A stretch of 64,000 bases of DNA from an uncultured virus (IMG/VR IMGVR_UViG_2860819427_000001) (lineage: Duplodnaviria; Heunggongvirae; Uroviricota; Caudoviricetes), in IMG/VR virus record IMGVR_UViG_2860819427_000001, positions 1 through 64,000 of that record; one strand, given 5' to 3'. The notes beneath the pieces are model-generated. The model saw nothing but the letters and a program-made list of their open reading frames with translations, was not told the origin of the DNA and searched no databases. This document shows positions 38,242-45,964 of the stretch, piece after piece. A program made the translations under genes and the position numbers. The stretch's first letter is position 1. Each line of letters begins with the position of its first letter.

Positions 38242-38355
38242 CTAGTCGTTTTTGCGATTAGCGTTTTTTGCGTTAACGCAGGCGGTTGCCAGATTTGTTA
38301 CCGCAATGACGAAGTTTACTATCGCCGTTATAATTAGTACCGTTTCCGCGTTCAA
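38242..38355 (-). CDS. 37-aa single-TM peptide
   Basis: SD GGAGGAGG, TTG start; MNAETVLIITAIVNFVIAVTNLATACVNAKNANRKND. Confidence 0.6.
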   Translation of the reverse strand: MNAETVLIITAIVNFVIAVTNLATACVNAKNANRKND

Positions 38356-38383
38356 ATCGTTTTCCCCTCCTCCCTATAATTCT

Positions 38384-38412
38384 ATTATACGATATCGTAT
38401 AACGTAAGTCAA
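38384..38412 (-). promoter_or_regulatory. Sigma-A promoter containing an 18-bp palindromic operator
   Basis: TTGACT-N17-TATAAT; TTATACGATATCGTATAA at 38385-38402. Confidence 0.8.
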
Positions 38413-38415
38413 CAG

Positions 38416-40179
38416 TTAAATTGATATATTATTCGTTTCTATATCGGTTTCGTTGAGTGATAGGGTGCCGGATACCTTATTCCCGATGACCCGCGAATTA
38501 ATAGACTCGGAAGTCTTTATCGGATTGTACAGCCTGAAAGAACTGACGGAGTGCACAACGTTTTCTTTTACTAATGCACCGTCGGTGTTTTTCGTTTGAA
38601 TTCCGTAACCGCCGGAAGCCTTACGATTAAACGTTATGTCATTTCCGGATATTTCGGGGTTTTTGCCGCCGACAACGTAAATCGGTATCAGACATTTCGC
38701 GTCAGTGATGTCGTTGTTCTTAATGCGGACGGTTCGACCTTCGGTGCTTTCTCCGTAAATAGCCATGTTTGCCGGTTTTGGTATACGGGTGTATTTAATA
38801 TCCACGTCGCTTCCCCTATCGAAAGATATAGCGTATCCTACTGCGCCAGAGTAGTCGGTAAGATCAATGTCGTTATCTATCAATTTCGCCGAAGACCGCG
38901 TAACTACGACGCCTTGCTTACTGCGTTTAATAACGTTCGCTCTCGCTGTAACATCAGTTGAATCGACGATTTCTATCGCTGTAATATCTGAGTCGTTGAG
39001 AGCGTTACCTTCAAACGTTATATCTTTTGAGTTACGGGCACTACATAATTTACCCGGACAATGGTTTACGATGTTATCCGAAAACTTAACGTTCTTGGCT
39101 TCGAAGGTAGCCAATGCGGTGCCGTCAGCACTAAGCTCCGAAATTGTATTGCCGGATGCTGAAACGTCTGCTCCGCGAACGTCAATACCACTGCTGAAGC
39201 CTTTTATCGTATTTCCGGTAATTGATATATTATTTCCACTAAAGCCAGCCGACACGCCAAGGCTCGTAATCGCGGTATATTTCTTGTCCGTACGTACTAA
39301 CGTATTATTCGAGATAGTGGTGTCGGTTCCGAATCCGTAAGAGATGGAGTTATCAGAATAGTTTCCGGAAATAACGACCTCGTATCCGCTGAAATTACAA
39401 ACGGACTGCAATATATTTCCTTTGAACGTATTATTCGTTATCCTCACATTGCGAGGCTCTTCGTAATCGATATTGCCTTCTCCGTAACCTTCGATATCAA
39501 TGCCGAACATAGGCTTGCAGCCATCGTTTATGCCAGCGTTGGTTATTACGTTTTTATCGATCTTTACATCTTCTCCGCCAGTGACCGATATATTGTTTCG
39601 CCGAGCACCGTCTAATTTACAACGCTCAATTGTAACGTTGCGGGCAGGTCGGTAAGACGTCCAAGGAACGTTTAACATACCTTGCGCGTTCACCATAATA
39701 CAATCGCCCGTACATTCCGAAATATCCACGCCTTCAATCACGACATCCTTGGCGCCATGTACGTTTATACCGTAACCCCATTCGTGAGTTTCCTTCTTTT
39801 TTAGATTGCCGTGCCCGGTAAAGTCGTGCTGATAACGTTCGCCGCGTATCTTTCCGCCTTTTATTGTCACGTCTTCGACCTCACCAAGGTAGATGCAGGA
39901 ATATCCGTAAGAACTGTTTGGCTCTACAATAAATTCTGCTTTCGGATGTAATATTAAGGTCATGTACGATGGTACACGTATCCCTGCGCCTTCTTCCGGT
40001 TTAACTGCAATACGGTTTACTGCGTCGATAAGGTATTTTCCCTTAGGGATTTCCACTTCAGAATAACCGGCCTCAGCCGCCTCGTGTATTGCGCGATTAA
40101 TTCCTTGCGTAGTCATAGCCGCCTCAGTCCCGTCCCAACGTACATCGTATTTTTCAGCTTCCAACGTATACCGCATCAT
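38416..40179 (-). CDS. Right-handed beta-helix (pectin-lyase-like) protein
   Basis: Many Asn/Ile-rich beta-helix repeats; VEIPKGKY; GIDIEG. Confidence 0.82.
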   Translation of the reverse strand: MMRYTLEAEKYDVRWDGTEAAMTTQGINRAIHEAAEAGYSEVEIPKGKYLIDAVNRIAVKPEEGAGIRVPSYMTLILHPKAEFIVEPNSSYGYSCIYLGEVEDVTIKGGKIRGERYQHDFTGHGNLKKKETHEWGYGINVHGAKDVVIEGVDISECTGDCIMVNAQGMLNVPWTSYRPARNVTIERCKLDGARRNNISVTGGEDVKIDKNVITNAGINDGCKPMFGIDIEGYGEGNIDYEEPRNVRITNNTFKGNILQSVCNFSGYEVVISGNYSDNSISYGFGTDTTISNNTLVRTDKKYTAITSLGVSAGFSGNNISITGNTIKGFSSGIDVRGADVSASGNTISELSADGTALATFEAKNVKFSDNIVNHCPGKLCSARNSKDITFEGNALNDSDITAIEIVDSTDVTARANVIKRSKQGVVVTRSSAKLIDNDIDLTDYSGAVGYAISFDRGSDVDIKYTRIPKPANMAIYGESTEGRTVRIKNNDITDAKCLIPIYVVGGKNPEISGNDITFNRKASGGYGIQTKNTDGALVKENVVHSVSSFRLYNPIKTSESINSRVIGNKVSGTLSLNETDIETNNISI

Positions 40180-40976
40180 TATTCGTTACCTCCAACGTTA
40201 TAGTTTTCGTTAATGAACTCCGACAGTAGACCGGTAAACTTGTAGAACGTCGCGGTTTCGGTTCCGGCGCGTCCGTTAAGCGAGAACTTACCGAACATGC
40301 TTTTACGCAAACCGGTACTGAGCTCGATCTGTAAGCTTTCGCCAGTTATGCACTTATTCGCTATGTTCGCGCTACTTGCGCCTGCGAATCGATGTCCAGC
40401 GCCTACGAGTTCGGCACTAAAGCCAGCAGCGTTCAAGCGATCTACTAACGTCTGGCCGCGGACCGGATCGGTACCGCCTACGATAATGTGCTCGGTGCTG
40501 TCGCTGTATCCGTGAAGCGATATAACGCGTTGGTGTCGGGCGGTCATATCTAGCGCGGTTGGCTCGTCGAAATGGGTACTCGTGATGTGAAGGTCGAATC
40601 CGTTGGAGGTCTTGAGTGATTCGAATAGATAAGTAGAATAGTCGTTACTGAGTTCGCGGGATAATTCGCTAGTTCCGCCCTCAATACTGCCGCCGTGCGG
40701 CGCGAGTATCAAAACGGGCGTGGCGTGGTCGATTGCGAAAATGTTGTAGTTCGTCTCGGGTTCGGTGGCTTGGAGTTCGGCAAAGTTGCGGTAAACATCG
40801 GTGGCTTGTGCGGTGACTGAAGTGAATGCGGATAACATTGCGCATAGAATAAACGCTGTGATATACTGGAAGTGCTTCGTTCGATTCGGACGGTGCAGCT
40901 TTGCTTTGGTCGGTGGGGCTGCGCCTCCGTTTCGTTCTTTAATCGCCTTATTCAGTTTTCGAGGATCATTAATCAT
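40179..40976 (-). CDS. Poly-gamma-glutamate hydrolase (PghP/DUF867 family), secreted
   Basis: APHGGSIEGGTSEL, HITSTHFDEP, SLHG, QIELS; signal peptide ending AQA. Confidence 0.9.
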   Translation of the reverse strand: MINDPRKLNKAIKERNGGAAPPTKAKLHRPNRTKHFQYITAFILCAMLSAFTSVTAQATDVYRNFAELQATEPETNYNIFAIDHATPVLILAPHGGSIEGGTSELSRELSNDYSTYLFESLKTSNGFDLHITSTHFDEPTALDMTARHQRVISLHGYSDSTEHIIVGGTDPVRGQTLVDRLNAAGFSAELVGAGHRFAGASSANIANKCITGESLQIELSTGLRKSMFGKFSLNGRAGTETATFYKFTGLLSEFINENYNVGGNE

Positions 40977-41024
40977 TTCGTTACCCCTCTCGGATTTTAT
41001 TAACGAGGGCCCTTCGTCGTTCTA

Positions 41025-41087
41025 AATATACGATATACGATAACGTGTGTCAACGGATTTGCAGAAATTTATTCGATATCGTATAAT
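41025..41087. promoter_or_regulatory. Divergent sigma-A promoters with operator copies
   Basis: Minus strand TTGACA-N17-TATATT; plus strand TTGCAG-N17-TATAAT; variants of the 38385 palindrome in both spacers. Confidence 0.75.
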
Positions 41088-41106
41088 GGTCGCAGAGGTG
41101 GTCGAA

Positions 41107-41331
41107 ATGAAACTAAATGCAACGCCACGTTTAAACGCCGTTATGAAGGCGAAAGGGTGGACGCAGGTAAGACTATCGGAAGCATCGGGCGTGCCGCAAG
41201 GTTCAATATCGCGATTTGATAAGAATAGTCGCCACGAAGACTGGCACGTTTTTTCAATAGCGAAAGCGCTCGGCGTAGAAGTCGATGAGCTATTCGAAAT
41301 TGAAGAAGCCGCAGAAGAGGACGCTGAATAA
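41107..41331 (+). CDS. Xre-family HTH regulator
   Basis: WTQVRLSEASGVPQGSISRF; SD GAGGTG. Confidence 0.88.
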   Translation: MKLNATPRLNAVMKAKGWTQVRLSEASGVPQGSISRFDKNSRHEDWHVFSIAKALGVEVDELFEIEEAAEEDAE

Positions 41332-41429
41332 ATCGGCGTCTTTTTTTGTCTTGAAATTCGAGCGCGCGTTGGTATAATTATCCTATCGATAAAAGTACGG
41401 GAATTCCCGAACTTGGAGGGCGGTTATAA

Positions 41430-42452
41430 ATGAATCCGAAAATGAGCGTTATTATACCGGTATACAATGGCGAAAAATATCTTTGCGATTGCATCGACAG
41501 CGTGCTCGGACAGACGCTTAAAAATATCGAGGTTTTGGTCGTAGATGACGGCTCCACCGACGCAACACGCAATATCCTGCGATTCTATTCTACGATAGAT
41601 GAACGAGTCAAACCGATCTATCAGGCGAATCAAGGGCCGGGCACGGCGCGTAATACAGCGCTGAAGCAGGCGCGCGGCGAATACGTAGCTTTTATCGACT
41701 CGGATGACTGGATTGAGCCGGAAGCTTACGCGATTATGTACGAAGCTGCCCGTGAAAATAACGCAGATATCGTCTTTACGGACATGCGGTGGGATTACGA
41801 AGATACAACGAAAAGCTTTACGAAAAGTTATATTGCGAAAGCAAATGAGCCGATCAGGCGGGACGAGATTAAGGCGACCATATTAACGGATTTCTTATAC
41901 AACGGATCGTACGGCGGCGTCGGTAAGGTGGTCCGCAAAAGTATGCTCGATACGCATAACATAACGTTTCCTGACGGCAAGTACCTCGGCGAAGATTGGC
42001 TGTTCAACATGGACGCGTTTACGTATTGTCAGACGGCGTACTATATCGATAAGCCGCTGTACCATTACCGGCAGATTAATGACGCCAGTTTGATGCGCGA
42101 ATATAATCCGGAGCTATTCGATTCATATATCGATAGTAATACACTCGAACGGTACGCGAAACGGTGGGGCTTATACAGCGAGAAAGTTGCGGTAGATCTG
42201 GCGCGGCGGAAATGTTATATCGCGGTCAACGGCTGCATACAAAACGAATTCAAGCCGGGATGCCGTAAAACAGTACGCGAAAAGTTGGCGCTGATTAAGC
42301 GCATAGTCGAACATCCGAACGTAGGAAAGGCGGTTGCGATAGCGTGGGAGAACGAGGAGAGCAGGGCGAGGCGGTTATATCTGGCGATGCTGAAACGGAG
42401 GGCTGTCGTTGGGTTGTTTCTAGCCGGAAAAATACTTACGTTGAGGCGCTGA
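41430..42452 (+). CDS. Glycosyltransferase family 2
   Basis: SVIIPVYN, VDDGSTD, FIDSDD, GED; own promoter TTGAAA-N16-TATAAT at 41351-41378. Confidence 0.92.
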   Translation: MNPKMSVIIPVYNGEKYLCDCIDSVLGQTLKNIEVLVVDDGSTDATRNILRFYSTIDERVKPIYQANQGPGTARNTALKQARGEYVAFIDSDDWIEPEAYAIMYEAARENNADIVFTDMRWDYEDTTKSFTKSYIAKANEPIRRDEIKATILTDFLYNGSYGGVGKVVRKSMLDTHNITFPDGKYLGEDWLFNMDAFTYCQTAYYIDKPLYHYRQINDASLMREYNPELFDSYIDSNTLERYAKRWGLYSEKVAVDLARRKCYIAVNGCIQNEFKPGCRKTVREKLALIKRIVEHPNVGKAVAIAWENEESRARRLYLAMLKRRAVVGLFLAGKILTLRR

Positions 42453-42525
42453 CGAAAAGTTGGCGTCTTTTTTCGTGGGTTCGGTTATTCTTCGATTCTC
42501 AATTACGATAACCTAATTGATAATG

Positions 42526-42576
42526 AACACGACTTTATTCGTACAAATCGGGCAAAAACACGACTTTATTCGTACA
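42526..42576 (+). repeat. 20-bp direct repeat pair
   Basis: AACACGACTTTATTCGTACA at 42526 and 42557. Confidence 0.9.
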
Positions 42577-43433
42577 CCAGAAAAGTGGGTTCGCGCTTAG
42601 AGACGCAAGGGATACAGCCGTTTTAGGTCGCCAATCACTTCTTAGTCTTGTGATTCACAAGCCTCTGGAACTCCGTTTCACTTCGTCCAGTATTATCGCG
42701 ATCAAGTACTTATTAATTAATATCTGCGCGTATGTAGGGAACGAAGTGACCGGAATTAGCGCTATGTTTTAAATACAATCGGAAAGGACTGCGCTAACCT
42801 AACGAAATTAATTTCGGAAACTTAACGTTAATACCGTATAATTTAAGCCGTTAGTTATCTATGTATTATAGAAGGACGTAACATACCGTATAACCTAGCG
42901 ATAGGCAGGCGGGATATGGCCGGCACACATACGCTATATGTAACACCGTATAGGCATGCGTATAGTTATATAGGAAGGGAGGCGACGGAGAGGCGTCCGG
43001 TTGCGATGCATGATGAGGCGGACAGCAACGAGCCAGTGCCGGAGGATGAGCCCTTCCGAAACTCACGGGGTCAAACCGAATGACCAACGCAATATGCACG
43101 ATCCTATACATAGCATACGGCACATGGCATGCGGCAGGGTGCAGGCGTGGCGCGGGTTGTCGAATGCATAAACAACATACGATTAATTGCGATGAGTAAA
43201 CGATGACGAACGCTATCATATCAACGTTTGTCTATTGATTCGAATGTAACTCAATTTACTTCTGTTAAATTCGTTATTCATAAATGTGTATTTAATATAC
43301 GATGACCCAAACGAAGAATCGCAGAAACGCCGGGCCCCCAACCGCCCCCAAAAATACCGGCGCGACTGCTGACCGGAACTTGCGCACAATTTTTCGAACT
43401 CGGGGCGTCAACTAAACGGAGGTGATCACGGAA

Positions 43434-43595
43434 ATGGAGAAGAAAATCGCTCTTACAGGCGAAGGCGTTCTATACGCTATTTTGAAAGACGAAATTGTCG
43501 GACCGATAGTAAATGTTCCGAATCAGCCGATCAGCTCGACGCCGATTTCCGTTGAATATTCGACGCTAAACGAAGGTGTAGACGTTGCCCCATAA
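43434..43595 (+). CDS. Hypothetical protein (53 aa)
   Basis: SD GGAGGTGA. Confidence 0.55.
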   Translation: MEKKIALTGEGVLYAILKDEIVGPIVNVPNQPISSTPISVEYSTLNEGVDVAP

Positions 43596-43713
43596 ATGCG
43601 ACGTTTGCGAAAAAGATGGTGAAGTAGAATACGATGATATTAACGATCGTCATATGTGCGAGCAATGTTGGGACGAATATTACGAGGCTTGTTATTATGG
43701 CGGATTAACATAA
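43585..43713 (+). CDS. Small acidic Zn-finger protein
   Basis: CDVC...CEQC; TTG start. Confidence 0.5.
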   Translation: MPHKCDVCEKDGEVEYDDINDRHMCEQCWDEYYEACYYGGLT

Positions 43714-43727
43714 CGGAGGTGCTAACG

Positions 43728-43865
43728 CTGGAAAATTTCGAAATCACATGTAAATGTTGCGGATCAAAGAACGTTGTAGCTTTCGGAAACTTCGACATGG
43801 CTGCACACTTTTATTGCGAGGATTGCAACGCAGACGAAATAGAATACAATTATTCCACGAAATAA
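43728..43865 (+). CDS. Small Zn-ribbon protein
   Basis: CKCC...CEDC; SD GGAGGTG then CTG. Confidence 0.5.
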   Translation: MENFEITCKCCGSKNVVAFGNFDMAAHFYCEDCNADEIEYNYSTK

Positions 43866-43959
43866 ACGGGCCACAGCCGTTTTAATCCGGCCGGAGGGTA
43901 TTCGGTAGGGTAAGCGTTAGATACGCTAATTTCGTGTGATTTGAAGGGAGGACGAAAGG

Positions 43960-44241
43960 GTGGCGAAATATCGTAAAAAGCCGATTGAAATAGAAGCGGT
44001 AAAATTCGAGGATACGGCGCATTCAATCACTGATATTTCGAACTTGGCTGGCGGAAGGACGATCGTATACAGTTACCAGAGCGAATATCCGACTTTAACG
44101 ATTCAGACTTTAGAGGGAGATATGATCGCACAGGTTGGCGACTACGTTATTCGTGGAATAGAAGGCGAACTTTACCTGTGCAAGCCCGACATTTTCGAAA
44201 AGACTTACGAAAGGGTGAACGAATCGAATGGCGGAATTTAA
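43960..44241 (+). CDS. Conserved small phage protein
   Basis: KYRKKP.EIEA...TLEG.M...GDYVIRG..GELYLCKPDIFEKTYE. Confidence 0.8.
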   Translation: MAKYRKKPIEIEAVKFEDTAHSITDISNLAGGRTIVYSYQSEYPTLTIQTLEGDMIAQVGDYVIRGIEGELYLCKPDIFEKTYERVNESNGGI

Positions 44242-44362
44242 AACGTTAAAAGAAATCGTCGAGCAGCTTAAAGATTGCGGATATGAAAGCGAGGCAGGTC
44301 CGTTAGTCAATAACGTAGCTTTCCAAAAGCTTGCGGAGTTGGCAGGCGTCGAGGTTTTGTAG
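44228..44362 (+). CDS. Hypothetical protein (44 aa)
   Basis: Open frame followed by a terminator-like hairpin at 44381-44412. Confidence 0.5.
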   Translation: MAEFKTLKEIVEQLKDCGYESEAGPLVNNVAFQKLAELAGVEVL

Positions 44363-44522
44363 ATCACCGCAATCAGAACGAGGCTTCCGCACCCTACGGC
44401 GGAGGTCTTTTTGTGCTTGCGTTTTACTGATCAGTCGGAATGTGCTTACGGGCCTTCCGGTGACGCTAGCGCACCCACCGACACGCCTCTTAACAATGCG
44501 GACCCCGGTCGGTGTGGCAAAT

Positions 44523-44594
44523 AGGGGCGCATGTTCCTCGGTGGCGATGCGATCTCCAAAACCGCGTGGGTAGGTTCGATCCCTGCCGCCCCTG
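44523..44594 (+). tRNA. Atypical tRNA-Trp (CCA)
   Basis: AGGGGCG/CGCCCCT acceptor stem, CTCCAAA loop, GTAGG-TTCGATC-CCTGC T arm; irregular D arm; no encoded CCA end. Confidence 0.75.
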
Positions 44595-44650
44595 TAAAAG
44601 CATGTTTCAAGATGAAACGCGCTTTAAGAAACGAAAAGGAGACGATGAAG

Positions 44651-45136
44651 ATGACGACGATAAACGATAGGCTAGCCTACTTAGATAGGCTGATATCCGT
44701 ACAAAATTGCGGACATAACGTCCACGAGGAAATTGATGAAGCGATATCACTAGTGCGGTCGGAATTACGAGTAGAGAACCCGGAGTTTTGTGGTACTGAC
44801 TACGGCAGATATATCGAGAATGTAAAACGCTTGGCAGGCAGTTGCTATTCAGAAGACTTTCGATTAGCAAACGGAATCATTTACGGGGCGTATTCTTCAG
44901 GCGCAGAAGGCGATATTTATGTTGGCAGAGCGGTGGGAACAAGCACGTCTGTCCATGCGTTAGAGGCTACGTTTAAAGACGTTGCTTATCTAACGAGAGA
45001 AAGCCGAAGAAATGCGCCCGATTTAAATGGGAAAGTAGTTTTCGTAGATCAGGGCGTCAGTATTCCGAGAGGGCAACGAATCAAACGACTATTAAAAATC
45101 ATTTCTGTCGAGGATGTACGTCGCCGTGACGAATAA
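44651..45136 (+). CDS. Hypothetical protein
   Basis: SD AAAGGAG. Confidence 0.6.
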   Translation: MTTINDRLAYLDRLISVQNCGHNVHEEIDEAISLVRSELRVENPEFCGTDYGRYIENVKRLAGSCYSEDFRLANGIIYGAYSSGAEGDIYVGRAVGTSTSVHALEATFKDVAYLTRESRRNAPDLNGKVVFVDQGVSIPRGQRIKRLLKIISVEDVRRRDE

Positions 45137-45333
45137 GCAGACGGAGTCACACTGTGCCCCGTCCAATTGTTCACGCCATTTCGAAGTATGCGATTGCAAG
45201 TCGATGTGTCTGCTGCGGTATGGAGCAGAAATACGGAAGCGGCAGGAAGAAGTCGGAGCCGCAGCCGGCGTATACGAAAAAAGACGAGCACACCTACGTT
45301 GGCTGCGGCTCAAACGTTGGGGCGCCCGTCGTC

Positions 45334-45882
45334 TTATAGATTAACATTCGCGTATACTTCGTCGATCCGGTCCTGATTGATTCCGATATACCGCAACGTG
45401 ACCGACTGCTTCGAATGATTGAAAATCGATTGAAGTAGCGTAAGATCTGTGCCGTTCTTGTACGCGTGATAGCCGAAAGTCTTACGCAATGAGTGACAGC
45501 CGATTGTGCCGAGCTTCTCCGAAAGGCCTGCGCGCTCAACAGCTTCGTTAAGGATGCCATAGGCACGGACGCGGGTAATAGCTTTCGAACCTTTCCGAGA
45601 AGGGAAAAGCCAGTCGTCATCGTTTGCTTCGGCCGGAATCAGATCGTCAACAGCTTTCTTGATTGCGGCATTGAAGAAGAAACGTTTTGATTTCTTCGTT
45701 TTCCCTTCCGTAATTGCAACGAAGTCCTTTCCGCGCACATCGCCGACTTTTAGCGCAAGTATATCGGAAATGCGTAGACCGGAATTAATGCCGATCGTAA
45801 ATAAAAGCAGATCACGCCCGCGAAGGGCTTTTTTTATTGCGTTTATTTGGCGTTTTTCTCTAATCGGTTGGACTTCGTTCAT
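45334..45882 (-). CDS. Small tyrosine recombinase (catalytic domain only)
   Basis: SGLRISD, HSLRKT, FNHS, LRYIG. Confidence 0.9.
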   Translation of the reverse strand: MNEVQPIREKRQINAIKKALRGRDLLLFTIGINSGLRISDILALKVGDVRGKDFVAITEGKTKKSKRFFFNAAIKKAVDDLIPAEANDDDWLFPSRKGSKAITRVRAYGILNEAVERAGLSEKLGTIGCHSLRKTFGYHAYKNGTDLTLLQSIFNHSKQSVTLRYIGINQDRIDEVYANVNL

Positions 45883-45964
45883 TCGAATTTCACTCCGTTC
45901 TCAATATGTTAAATTCATATTAACGAAAATAATAACGAAAGTCAAGCGAAAGGAGGGCGATAAT

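Noticed and set aside
42526..42576. Mini CRISPR array
   Set aside because: Only two 20-bp repeats with an 11-bp spacer and no cas genes
42866..43219. 117-aa minus-strand ORF
   Set aside because: No SD and an implausible composition
43960..44241. Nucleotide-signal sponge (Tad/Acb-type)
   Set aside because: I cannot match it to a specific family by eye; it needs a structure search
45659..45964. Long N-terminus of TerL
   Set aside because: Antisense shadow of the recombinase gene; the SD supports TTG 45965
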